From an uncultured delta proteobacterium (GTDB lineage Bacteria > Desulfobacterota > RBG-13-43-22), in assembly GCA_963711835.1 (NCBI GenBank), contig CAVQFQ010000021.1, positions 64,001 through 128,000 on the forward strand: 64,000 nucleotides of DNA. The letters run 5' to 3'. The position numbers and the translations under genes were made by a program. Below the pieces are notes generated by a model. That model searched no databases and was not told the origin of the DNA. It saw nothing but the letters and a program-made list of their open reading frames with translations. Shown in pieces: positions 49,222 through 59,520 of this stretch (position 1 is the stretch's first letter; the number at the start of each line of letters is the position of its first letter).

Positions 49222-50736
49222 ATGAGTCGCGATGTATTAGTCATCGGAGGAGGGATTGCCGGGATCCAGGCCTCCCTGGATCTGGCTGAAATGGGCCTCC
49301 AGGTCCACCTGGTGGAAAAGCTTCCCAGTATCGGGGGCAAGATGGCCCAGTTGGACAAGACCTTCCCGACCAACGATTGTGCCATCTGAATCCTTTCGCC
49401 CAAGTTGCTGGATGCCGGTCGGCATCCCAGGATCAGGCTCCTGGCCTACAGTGAAGTGGAAGGATTTTCCGGAGAAGCCGGCAGTTTCTCGGTTACGGTG
49501 CGCAAGAGGGCCCGCTATGTGGATGAAACCAAGTGCACCGGCTGCGGCTCCTGCGCCGAAAAGTGCCCGACCGAGGTCTCCGACGACTTCAATATGGGTC
49601 TGGCCAAACGCAAGGCCATTTATAAACATTTCCCCCAGGGGATTCCTTCGGTCTTTACCATCGACACCCGTTATTGCCGTCAATTTACCGGCAAAAAATG
49701 CGGCGTCTGTAAAAAAACCTGCCAGGCCGGGGCCGTTGATTTTGAGCAGCAGGACCAGGTGCTGACTTTTGAGGTCGGTGCGGTCGTGATCGCCATAGGC
49801 TATGAATTGTTTGATGCCGAACGGATCCCGGAGTACGGTTATAAAAAAATGCCCAATGTGATTTCGGCCATGGAGTTCGAGCGCCTCCTCTCGGCCAGCG
49901 GCCCTACCCATGGCCACGTGGAACGCCCTTCCGATCTGGCGGCCAAGGCCCGTTTGGCTGAACTGGCCAAAGATCTCCAGCGAACCCAGCGGGTTCTGGA
50001 AAGTTATGAAAAAAAGGCCGGTCTGACCTCGGCTGAATTCTTCCAAAAATATCAGGCCCGGGAGATCGAAGGCAATGGGGATGAAAAGGCCTGGGCCGAA
50101 AAATATCTGGCCTTTCAGAAGATCCAGGGTGAAAATGAATGCCTGACTCAAAAGGTAGCCCAGTTCGCAATCGCCAGAAAGCTGGCTTTCATCCAATGTG
50201 TCGGTTCGCGTGATTTTCGCTTTCACCCCTACTGTTCCAGCTACTGCTGCATGCACACGATCAAGGAAGCCATTATCGCCAAGGAACATGCCCCGCAAAC
50301 CGAATCCACCGTCTTTGCTATGGACTTGAGGACCGTGGGGAAAGGCTTTGAAGAATATAAGCTGCGCGGGGCCGACGAATCGGGAATCCGCTATATCCGG
50401 GGCCGGGTGGCCGAAATTACCCAGGATGCGGACTTCCATCCCATGGTCTGGTACGAGGATACCAAAAACCGCCTGGTCGAGCACATGGACGCCGACCTGG
50501 TCATCCTGGCCAATGCCTGTGTGGCCACCCCCGGCGCCAATCAACTGGCCCGGATTCTGGGAGTTGATCTGGATGAAAATAATTTCATCAAGACCGATCC
50601 CCTGGAGCCGCTGTCCACCAACGTCCCGGGGATCTATACCTGCGGCTGCGCCCAGGGTCCCATGGATATCCCGGAATCCGTGGCCCAGGCCAGCAGCGCG
50701 GCCGCCAAAGCGGCCGAAGGTGTTCTAAAATGCTGA
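49222..50736 (+). CDS. hdrA: HdrA-like protein (N-terminal type), selenoprotein (UGA 49387-49389), with ~75-aa helical insertion
   Basis: ATG 49222 after AAGGAG; [14 protein letters not shown]...[20 protein letters not shown]; hairpin GGATGCC-GGTC-GGCATCC at 49410-49427; QCVGSRD. Confidence 0.9.
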
Positions 50737-50791
50737 ATGAGGCCTTTCTTCCTCCTTCCCCATTCATCATTTCTTAAAAAGGAGAGTTATC

Positions 50792-52462
50792 TTGTCTGGA
50801 AAAGAAGATGTGCGCATAGGGGTTTTTGTCTGCCACTGCGGCTCCAATATCGCCGGCTATTTGAATATGCAGGCCCTGGTGGATTACGCCCAGACCCTGC
50901 CCCAGGTGGCTTTTGTCCAGGCCAATCTTTATACCTGCTCCGAAGGCGGAATCAATGAGATCAAGAATGCCATCGGCCTTCAGAACCTGAATCGGGTAGT
51001 GGTCGCCTCCTGTACCCCGCGGACCCATGAGCCGCTCTTCCAGGGGGCCTGCCTGGAAGCGGGATTGAATCCTTATCTTTTTCAAATGGTCAATATCCGG
51101 GATCAGTGTTCCTGGGTCCACATGCAGGAAAAAGAAGCCGCCACCGGCAAGGCCAAAGATCTGATCCGGATGGGCGTAGCCAAGGCCGGTCTCCTCCGGC
51201 CCCTGGAATCCATTGAATTATCGGTAACCCCGAGTGCCCTGGTCCTGGGCGGCGGCATTGCCGGTCTGACCGCTTCCAATTCCCTGGCCAAGATGGGCTT
51301 TGAGGTGGTTCTGGTGGAGCGGGAAGCCGAACTGGGAGGGCTGCTGCGCAGCCTTAACAAAATACTGCCCTCGGGGATTTCAGCCTCCGCCTATCTGGAA
51401 AAAATCGTCTCCGAAGTCAAGCAAAACCCGATGATTCAGATCCGGACCTCGGCTGCGGTGGAAACGGTTCAGGGCTATGTGGGCAACTTCGAAGTGGTGG
51501 TACGGAGTCAGGCCGGAGAGGAAAATTTTAAGGTGGGCATCGTGGTCGTCGCTACCGGGGCCCGGGTATTTACACCGGAAGGGTTTTACGGTTATGACGG
51601 CCGGCGGGTCATCACCCACCTGGAATTGGAGGCCCTCCAGAAGCAGGGCCGGGCTGCTGTTGATCAGGCGGTCTTTATTCAATGCGTCGGTTCCCGGATG
51701 GAAGGCCGCAAATACTGCTCCCGCACCTGCTGCATGACGGCCGTCAAAAATGCCATCCTTATCAAGGAAGCCAACCCCAGAGCCGGGGTAGCCATCCTTT
51801 ACCGGGACATGCAGATGTACGGCATTGAAAATGAAGAGCTCTTCCGGAAATCAAAACAGATGGGCGTCCGTTACATCAATTACGATCCCTCCCAACCCCC
51901 GGTGGTTGAGGAAAAACAGGTTCGTGTTTTCCACCAGTTGCTGGGCAAGGAGGTTGCCCTGCCGGCCGATCTGGTGGTCCTGTCCACTCCCTTGGTGGCT
52001 TACCCCGATGCGGACCGCATTTCCCAGCTCTTGCGGGTCCCCCTGGATGTCAACCGCTTCTTCATGGAGGGCCATGTCAAATTAAAACCGTTGGATTTTG
52101 CCTCCGATGGGATTTTTTTATGCGGCAACTGCCGCTATCCGGCCACCCTCCGGGAAACTATAGCCCAAGGCTTAGGGGCCGCCTCCCGGGCGGCGACGCT
52201 GCTTTCCAAAGGAAAGATGTTCACTTCCGGGATTGTGGCCGAAATCAACGCAGCGACCTGTGTGGGCTGCCAGGGGTGCCTGGAGGTCTGTCCCTACCAG
52301 GCCATTGGTTTCAATGAAGACCAAGGAATCTGCTTCATCAACCAGGTACTCTGCAAAGGATGCGGGGCCTGTGCGGCCACCTGTCCTTCGGCCAGCGCCC
52401 AGCTCTCCGGCTTCACCACCCAGCAGCTCATGGCGGAAATTGACAAGGCGATGGCAGCCTAA
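50792..52462 (+). CDS. hdrA: HdrA-like protein (C-terminal type)
   Basis: RIGVFVCHCGSNI, YTCS, SCTPRTHE, NIRDQCSWVH, GGGIAG, QCVGSR, C-terminal ferredoxin; TTG start after GGAGAG. Confidence 0.88.
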   Translation: MSGKEDVRIGVFVCHCGSNIAGYLNMQALVDYAQTLPQVAFVQANLYTCSEGGINEIKNAIGLQNLNRVVVASCTPRTHEPLFQGACLEAGLNPYLFQMVNIRDQCSWVHMQEKEAATGKAKDLIRMGVAKAGLLRPLESIELSVTPSALVLGGGIAGLTASNSLAKMGFEVVLVEREAELGGLLRSLNKILPSGISASAYLEKIVSEVKQNPMIQIRTSAAVETVQGYVGNFEVVVRSQAGEENFKVGIVVVATGARVFTPEGFYGYDGRRVITHLELEALQKQGRAAVDQAVFIQCVGSRMEGRKYCSRTCCMTAVKNAILIKEANPRAGVAILYRDMQMYGIENEELFRKSKQMGVRYINYDPSQPPVVEEKQVRVFHQLLGKEVALPADLVVLSTPLVAYPDADRISQLLRVPLDVNRFFMEGHVKLKPLDFASDGIFLCGNCRYPATLRETIAQGLGAASRAATLLSKGKMFTSGIVAEINAATCVGCQGCLEVCPYQAIGFNEDQGICFINQVLCKGCGACAATCPSASAQLSGFTTQQLMAEIDKAMAA

Positions 52463-52560
52463 CACCGATACTGGATGCTGGATACTGGATATAAGAGGAA
52501 AAAGGTATTGGCCAGCCAGTATCCAGTATCTAAGCACTAATTTCAAACAAAGAGGTAATT

Positions 52561-52986
52561 ATGACCGAGCATTTTGAACCCACAATTCTCTGCTTTTTGT
52601 GCACCTGGTGAACCTATGCCGCAGCTGACCTGGCAGGGGTCAGCCGGTTGCAGTACCCGACCAATATACGGTCCATTCGGGTCATGTGTTCCGGGACCGT
52701 ATCCCCCCATCACATCCTGAAAGCCTTTCAGAAAGGGGTGGACGGTATTTTTGTCGGAGGCTGCCATATTGGCGATTGCCATTATCTGGCTGGAAACTTC
52801 ATGACCAAAAAACGGGTGGCTTTCATGAAGGAACTCCTGGCTTTTACCGGCATCGAACCGGAGAGGCTTCGGGTGGAGTGGATTTCCTCGGCTGAAGGAC
52901 CGGAGTTCGCCAAATACATTACCGAGTTCGTAGAACAAGTGCGGGGATTGGGACCCAATCCGCTTTCGGCGGCTAAGGCCGCTTAA
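52561..52986 (+). CDS. mvhD: MvhD, selenoprotein (UGA 52609-52611 in CTW-U)
   Basis: [35 protein letters not shown]; hairpin GCTGACC-TGGCAGG-GGTCAGC at 52624-52644. Confidence 0.92.
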
Positions 52987-53044
52987 AGGCAGAAAGCTCA
53001 AAGCGGATAGCGACGGCTATTTATTCAGGTACAGGTAAAAACTC

Positions 53045-53848
53045 ATGATGAAAGAGATCATAGTTTCTGAGATTGCAGGACTCTTAAAGGAGGGGAAGAT
53101 AGAGGGTTTCCTCGGCCTTCGGGAAGTTGAAGGGCAGGTCAGCCCTTATCTTTTTACGCAGGAAGATGAGCTTCCGAACCTTTCCCTGGGAGACTTGAAA
53201 GGTCCCGGCGATGTCCGCTATCCTTTAAATAAACTGCTGATTCATCTGAGCCGGCAGCATCCGGAAGCCGCCTTGGGCGTCCTCATCCGCGGCTGCGACG
53301 AGCGCGGCCTGCTGGAATTATATAAGTGGAAGCAATTGAACCCGGAACGGATCGTTCCTGTCGGGATAGCCTGCCCCTCGGAATTGGCCCGGGCCTGCGA
53401 ATGTCCCAAGCCCTATCCGGACCGCTGTTCGGCCGGAGATAAGGGCGAACCGGCCGGAAACGACAGTGTAACCCGGGTCCTGGCCCTGGAGTTGAAAGAC
53501 CGGCTCCAGCACTGGCTTAAGGAGTTCTCCCGTTGCATCAAATGCTACGGCTGCCGGGATATCTGCCCCATGTGTTTTTGCAAAGAGTGCACCCTGGAGG
53601 AAGAGTCCCTGATTCAGACCGGGAATGTTCCTCCTGAAAATCCCATTTTCCATCTGGTGCGGGCCGTGCACATGGCCGGACGGTGTATCGACTGCGGGCT
53701 GTGCAACGAGGCCTGTCCGGCGGATATCCCCTTAAGGACCCTTTACAAAAGAGTGGCTGACATCCTGGATGAACAGACCGGCTACCGGCCGGGGTACCAG
53801 CCTGAGACCAAGTCGCCTTTGAATGTACTCGGCCCGGCGCCGGAATAG
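53045..53848 (+). CDS. 4Fe-4S dicluster protein (FdhB/FrhB-related partner of Fdh)
   Basis: RGCDER, CIKCYGCRDICPMCFCKEC, HMAGRCIDCGLCNEACP; directly upstream of fdhA. Confidence 0.75.
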   Translation: MMKEIIVSEIAGLLKEGKIEGFLGLREVEGQVSPYLFTQEDELPNLSLGDLKGPGDVRYPLNKLLIHLSRQHPEAALGVLIRGCDERGLLELYKWKQLNPERIVPVGIACPSELARACECPKPYPDRCSAGDKGEPAGNDSVTRVLALELKDRLQHWLKEFSRCIKCYGCRDICPMCFCKECTLEEESLIQTGNVPPENPIFHLVRAVHMAGRCIDCGLCNEACPADIPLRTLYKRVADILDEQTGYRPGYQPETKSPLNVLGPAPE

Positions 53849-53947
53849 ACCCTGGTAAACTAAATGATACTGGATACTGGATGCTGGATCAAAACCCAAG
53901 TTGAAACCCAAGGTCCATCCAGTATCTTAAAAAATTAGGAGTTATGA

Positions 53948-55993
53948 ATGGATTATAAACTGGTCCCCACCATCTGCCCTTACTGCGGCTGCGGCTGCAG
54001 TTTCTATCTCGAGGTTCTGGACGGGCAACTGATCGGCACCCTGCCCAATAAAACCGCCCCGGTCAACGAGGGGAAACTGTGCGTCAAGGGCTGGAATGTT
54101 CACGAATTCGTAGTCAGCCCCAACCGTCTCACCCAGCCCCTGATCCGCCGGGGCGCGGAATTACAGCCGGCTTCCTGGGAAGAAGCCCTGGACTGGACCG
54201 CTTCCCGCCTGCGCACCATCCGGGACACTTATGGGCCGGACAGCATCGCTTTTTTGACCTCGGCCAAGTGCACGAATGAAGAAAATTATCTGCTCCAGAA
54301 ATTCGCCCGGGCCGGCGTCGGAACCAATAATATTGATCACTGCGCCCGTCTCTGACACTCCTCCACCGTGGCCGGGCTGGCCGCCGCTTTCGGCAGTGGT
54401 GCCATGACCAACTCCATTGCCGAGATCGAAGATGCCGATTGCATCTTTATTATCGGCTCCAATACCAGCGTAGCCCACCCCCTGATTGCCATGCGGGTCT
54501 TTCGGGCCAAAGCCAAGGGGGGGAAGATCATTATTGCCGATCCCCGGCGCATCCCCCTGGTGGCCCAGGCCGATCTCTATGTCCGGCAGAAGGCCGGGAC
54601 CGATGTGGCCTTGCTGAACGGCATGATGCAGGTGATCTTGAAAAACAACTGGCAGAATCAGACCTTCATCGATGAACGAACCGAGAACTTTGAAGCCTTT
54701 AAGGCCGTGGTGGATCAGTACCCGCCCGAGCGGGCTGCCGAGATCACCGGGATACCGGCCGAAGAAATCGCTAAAATGGCCGAACTCTACGCCAGGTCGG
54801 AGAAGTCGACCATCCTCTACACCATGGGGATCACCCAGCACCATACCGGCGTCGATAATGTCAAAAGCCTGGCCAACCTGGCCATGCTCTGCGGCCAGAT
54901 CGGCCGGGAGTCCACCGGGGTCAATCCCCTGCGCGGGCAGAACAACGTCCAGGGAGCTTGCGACATGGGAGGACTGCCCAATGTCTATCCCGCTTACCAG
55001 GCGGTTACGGATCTGGCCGTCAGGGATAAGTTTTTAAAGACCTGGCAGGTGGAGGCCCTATCCGACCGGGCGGGCCTGACCATCATGGAAATCATGCAGG
55101 GGATTGAAGAGGGCCGGATCAAGGCCCTGGTGATCCTGGGAGAAAACCCCCTGCTGAGCGACCCGGATAGCCACCATGTGGAAAAGGTCTTGAAAGGCTG
55201 CGAATTTTTGGCGGTCATCGATATCTTTCCCACCGAGACCGCCGGGCTGGCTCATGTGGTCCTGCCCGGGGCGGCCTTTGCCGAGAAGGACGGCACCTTT
55301 GCCAACACCGAGCGCCGGGTCCAACGGATCCGGAAAGCCGTTGATCCTCCCGGAGAAGCCCGGGAGGACTGGCGGATCATTCAGGAACTGGCCACGCGTT
55401 TCGGCTATCCCATGAGCTATGCCTCTCCGAAAGAGATCCAGGAGGAGATTCGCCGGGTGGCTCCTTCCTATGGCGGAATCAGCTACGAAAGGCTGGAGGG
55501 AGAGGGCCTGACCTGGCCCTGCCCGACTGCGGAACACCCCGGGACCCCTTTTCTGCATAAAGACCGCTTTTCCCGGGGGAAGGGCCTGTTTCATGCCGTC
55601 GACTATAAAGAACCGGCCGAGGTCCCCGACGCCGAATTTCCTTTTGTCCTGACCACCGGGCGCTTGCATATGCACTATCATACCGGGACCATGACCCGCA
55701 ATTCTCCCTCTCTTGAAAAAGAAGGGCCGGAACAATTGGCGGAAATCCATCCGGCCGATGCCCTGGACCTGGGGCTGGCCGAAGGGGATAAGGCCCGCAT
55801 CAGCAGCCGGAGGGGGGAAATCCTCTCCCGGGTAACGGTTACGGACCGGGTCAGTCCGGGGTTGGTTTTTCTCTCCTTCCATTATGGGGAAAGCAACGCC
55901 AATCTCCTGACCAACACGGCCCTGGATCCTGTGGCCAAAATACCGGAATTAAAGTTCTGCGCGGTAAAGGTAGAAAAAGCGCTGGAGGTTTGA
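53948..55993 (+). CDS. fdhF: Cytoplasmic formate dehydrogenase alpha subunit, selenoprotein (UGA 54353-54355)
   Basis: CPYCGCGC, LCVKG, SAKCTNEENY, DHCARL-TGA-HSSTVAGL, LRGQNNVQG; hairpin 54368-54384; no Tat signal. Confidence 0.95.
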
Positions 55994-56090
55994 GGTGGGA
56001 GGCCTGAAGCAAACGATCCTCTACGAGCATGGAATTTTGTTTGAAGGAGACCAATCCGGCCCAAATTTTTAACTTGCTTAGGAGTGGATT

Positions 56091-56558
56091 ATGAAAACCG
56101 TCACCACCGAAGAAATCCTGAACACGGCCATTACCTTTGAAGAACTGTCCTACACCTTTTATAAACGGTTGCAGGATGCCGTACTGGATGAGATGACCAA
56201 GGATACGCTTGATTTTCTTTCCCGGGAAGAATTGAAGCATAAAGCCTTTCTGGAAAGTTATGTCCAGGGAAAGATCTCGGCCGGGACGCTGCGGCTGAGC
56301 CAGGTCCACGACGGCAAGATCGTCGAGGCCTTTCAAGCACCGCCGGTGACTCCGGATCTTTTGCAGAAAGATGCCTTTTTGCTGGCCGCGGAAAGGGAAA
56401 GGCTTTCCCATGATTTTTACCTGAACCTGGCCGGCCTGCACCCGGCCGGCGAAGTCAAGGACCTTCTCGGGAAATTGGCCCTGGAAGAACTGGCCCACAA
56501 GGAAAAGGTCGAGTACCTTTATGTAAATGCCGCTTTCCCCCAGACCTCGGGGGGATAA
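56091..56558 (+). CDS. Ferritin-like / rubrerythrin domain protein
   Basis: AITFEELSYTFY...EELKH and AAERERLSHDFY...EELAH diiron motifs. Confidence 0.85.
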   Translation: MKTVTTEEILNTAITFEELSYTFYKRLQDAVLDEMTKDTLDFLSREELKHKAFLESYVQGKISAGTLRLSQVHDGKIVEAFQAPPVTPDLLQKDAFLLAAERERLSHDFYLNLAGLHPAGEVKDLLGKLALEELAHKEKVEYLYVNAAFPQTSGG

Positions 56559-56607
56559 AAACCGTCAAGCGTTCCGTTCGGCGTTCGGCGTTCAGCGTAA
56601 GGCGCAA

Positions 56608-57825
56608 TCAGAATCCATTGAGTCGATAGTCTGAACCGAAGCCCACCCTGCTTTTCCCCATCACTTTTTCTTTTAGTCCGCGCGGGACCCATAGTCCCTC
56701 ACCGGGACAATGTTCCAGGCAGCAGTAACATTCGATGCAATTCGACTTGGTCAGAACTAAATTTTTTCCCTCAAAGCTCAAGGCCTCCGCAGGACAGGCC
56801 TGAACGCACAGGCCGCATAACTGGCAGCCGTCGGGGTTCAGACGGGGCCTGGCCTCGGTCAGCCAATCCAGGGCCCGGCCCGCCAGCTTGGGAGGAAGCA
56901 TCTTACCCAGCCACTGACGAGCCTGGGAAAACGGTCTTTTAAATCCTTGGACCGGCAACTCCTCCCAGGCAGCGCCCTGTAGTCTAATGTTGGAAGGGTC
57001 GGCCTCTCCCAAACCGGCCGCGGCGGCCAGGGTTATGGTGGCTATCCTTCCGGGATTGAAGCCCATAATCTGGGCGCTGGCGCAATCCATGGCCACCGGA
57101 TCGGTCGAGGCCAGTATCCAGCCGACCGATCGCGAGGTCCCTTGGACCGGACCGGCCCCTTCCATGGCCATGATGCCGTCCATTACCTGCAAGACAAAAG
57201 GGACCTTGATTTTCAGGCCCTGGTAGATGTCCACCAATGCCTGGGCCATGGCGCTGCCATTTAAGGCCAGACGGTGGACGTCCCGTTTTAAAGATCCGGG
57301 CAGTAAACCCAGACTATTTTTAATGGCCCCGGTGATGCCGGTCAGCAGATGGGTTTTTAATTTGGGGAGATTTACGATCGCCTCAATTTCATTCAAGAGG
57401 GAGGTGGCCTTGAATACCGGCACTATCTTCCCCCCGGGGCTTTTGACGGAAATGAGGCCTTGCTCCTCCAGGTTTACCAGTCGGGCTTCCAAACGGTCGG
57501 CCAGGGCCTCCAGTCCCAGCAGGGCATAGGTGCGCCTGGTTCGCCCATAGGAGCCCATGCCGCCGGAATCCGCAATGAGCAGTTCCACCCCATACTCATT
57601 TTTCAGAAAGCGGCCAACCTCTTCCACCACTTCCGGCCGGGTATTAACCGGCTTCTCCGGGCCGTGGTGCGATGACAGGCAGTTGGGCTTCAGAAGCACC
57701 CGATCCCCTTTTTTAAAAGGCAGTGCCGGTAGAGAGGAAAGGACCTCCTTGACAGCCCGACCTAAATGGGCCTGCTGGTAATCCCGGCAACGACTCAGAC
57801 TTACCTGGCTCAATCCGGACGTCAT
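56608..57825 (-). CDS. DUF362 domain Fe-S protein with C-terminal ferredoxin
   Basis: VLLKPN, NLPKLKTH, TGAIKN, DGIMAMEGAGP, ASTDPVAMD, CQLCGLCVQACP, CIECYCCLEHCP. Confidence 0.88.
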   Translation of the reverse strand: MTSGLSQVSLSRCRDYQQAHLGRAVKEVLSSLPALPFKKGDRVLLKPNCLSSHHGPEKPVNTRPEVVEEVGRFLKNEYGVELLIADSGGMGSYGRTRRTYALLGLEALADRLEARLVNLEEQGLISVKSPGGKIVPVFKATSLLNEIEAIVNLPKLKTHLLTGITGAIKNSLGLLPGSLKRDVHRLALNGSAMAQALVDIYQGLKIKVPFVLQVMDGIMAMEGAGPVQGTSRSVGWILASTDPVAMDCASAQIMGFNPGRIATITLAAAAGLGEADPSNIRLQGAAWEELPVQGFKRPFSQARQWLGKMLPPKLAGRALDWLTEARPRLNPDGCQLCGLCVQACPAEALSFEGKNLVLTKSNCIECYCCLEHCPGEGLWVPRGLKEKVMGKSRVGFGSDYRLNGF

Positions 57826-57829
57826 GGAA

Positions 57830-59509
57830 TCAAGGGGCTGGGGTTGGTGAATAGGGAACCGGCCTAAGCTGGACCGGGGACCTGGCCGGGTCTTCCCAAA
57901 TTTTTTCCAGGCGCTGGATCAGCTCCCCCAGGGTCTCTTCCTTCAAGGCCGAAACCGCCAGCCCCTGGAAGCGGTTGCTCTGAATCCGGGCATATTCCGG
58001 ATTAACCAGATCAATCTTGTTGAATACCCGGACTACGGGGATATGACCCAGATCCAATTGAGTCAGTAAATCCTCCACAATGGCCATCTGCTCTTCAAAG
58101 CGCGGGTTGCTGAGATCAACGACATGGAGCAGGAGATCGGCCTCGGCCAGTTCCTCCAAGGTCGCCCCGAAGGCGGCCAGGAGGTCCTTGGGCAGATTTT
58201 TGATAAAGCCCACGGTATCGGTGATGATCACTTCCCGGTCCTTGGGAAAACGAAGCCGCTTGCTGGTCGGATCCAGGGTGGCGAAGTAGCGGTCCTCGGC
58301 GGTCAGGCGGCTGTGGGTCAAGGTATTTAACAGGGTGGATTTGCCGGCGTTGGTATAACCGACGATCGAAATCACCGGCAGGCCCCGGCGTTTTCTTTTT
58401 CCCCGTCGTTGTTTGCGCTGGGCCCGGATGGCTTCCAATTCCTTCTGCAGGCGGTGGATTTTTTCCCGAACCCGGCGCCGGTCGATCTCCAGCCTGGTTT
58501 CACCCGGACCCCGCCCGCCGATGCCTCCGGTCAGCCGGGAAAGGGCATCATCGCGTCCCACCAGGCGGGGAAGGATATATTTTAGCTGGGCCATCTCCAC
58601 CTGGATCTTTCCTTCCCGGGTTCGGGCCCTCTGGGCAAATATATCCAGAATCAACTGGGTTCGATCAATGACCTTCAACTCGGTAAAATCGGTGATGGAG
58701 CGGACTTGCGAGGGATTCAGATCCTGATCAAAAATCAGTACAGCGGCCCCGACCTGCAGGGCCCGGATGGATAAGCTGCTCAGGCGATCCTTCCCCATGA
58801 GATATTTGGGTTTGATTTCCTTGCGCTGCTGGATCACGGACTCAACCACCTGCAGGCCGGCGGAACGGGCCAGCTCGGCCAACTCATCCAGGGACTCCAG
58901 GGCCGCCGATCTGGACTGGGTGGTAACGCTAACCAGTATCGCCCGCTCCTGCCCGGGGTTGACCTTTTTGGAAGCCAGTTTTCGGCCCCATTCTTCCTCC
59001 AGGGATCGGACCAGGCCTGAGACGTCCACCTGGGATTGCCCCACCCGCTCCGGATCCAGAAGCCTCCATTCTTTCCCTTCGGCGTTCTCCGGCAGGAGAT
59101 GGGCCGTGTAAAGCCTTTGGGCCTGGCCCGTTTTGTCTACCTCCAGGGCCGTCATTAAATCCAACTGGAGCAGGGCCAGGTCCATTCGATCCTCTTCGGT
59201 AATCCCTTCTCCTTTTAGATGGGTATGCAAAAGGCGCAACCCTTTCAGGCGGCCGGCCCCGGTCCTAAATTCGTTCAGGGCCGGGATGGTCAGCGATTGG
59301 TCGTTGCCCAGAATGATGGTCTCAATGCCGCCCTTGCGATTAATCAGCAGGCCGATCTGACGGTTCAGCTCAAAGGAGAGCTGGGCCAGGGTATGGGCCA
59401 GTTCGGGGGATACTATTTGGGAAGGATTCAACTGCCGACGGTAAAGGGTTTGCAGCTTTTTTACCTGGTGGGGTTTAAGGCCGGTAGTATTTCCGAAGAG
59501 TCGGTGAAT
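57830..59509 (-). CDS. hflX: GTPase HflX (long form), probable ATT start codon
   Basis: DRTQLILDIFAQRA, GGRGPGE, GYTNAGKST, FATLDPT, DTVGF; frame stays open upstream of the track start (IHRLFGNTTGLKPHQ) with AGGAGGT 6 nt before ATT 59509. Confidence 0.9.
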   Translation of the reverse strand: MHRLFGNTTGLKPHQVKKLQTLYRRQLNPSQIVSPELAHTLAQLSFELNRQIGLLINRKGGIETIILGNDQSLTIPALNEFRTGAGRLKGLRLLHTHLKGEGITEEDRMDLALLQLDLMTALEVDKTGQAQRLYTAHLLPENAEGKEWRLLDPERVGQSQVDVSGLVRSLEEEWGRKLASKKVNPGQERAILVSVTTQSRSAALESLDELAELARSAGLQVVESVIQQRKEIKPKYLMGKDRLSSLSIRALQVGAAVLIFDQDLNPSQVRSITDFTELKVIDRTQLILDIFAQRARTREGKIQVEMAQLKYILPRLVGRDDALSRLTGGIGGRGPGETRLEIDRRRVREKIHRLQKELEAIRAQRKQRRGKRKRRGLPVISIVGYTNAGKSTLLNTLTHSRLTAEDRYFATLDPTSKRLRFPKDREVIITDTVGFIKNLPKDLLAAFGATLEELAEADLLLHVVDLSNPRFEEQMAIVEDLLTQLDLGHIPVVRVFNKIDLVNPEYARIQSNRFQGLAVSALKEETLGELIQRLEKIWEDPARSPVQLRPVPYSPTPAP

Positions 59510-59520
59510 CGAGATACCTC

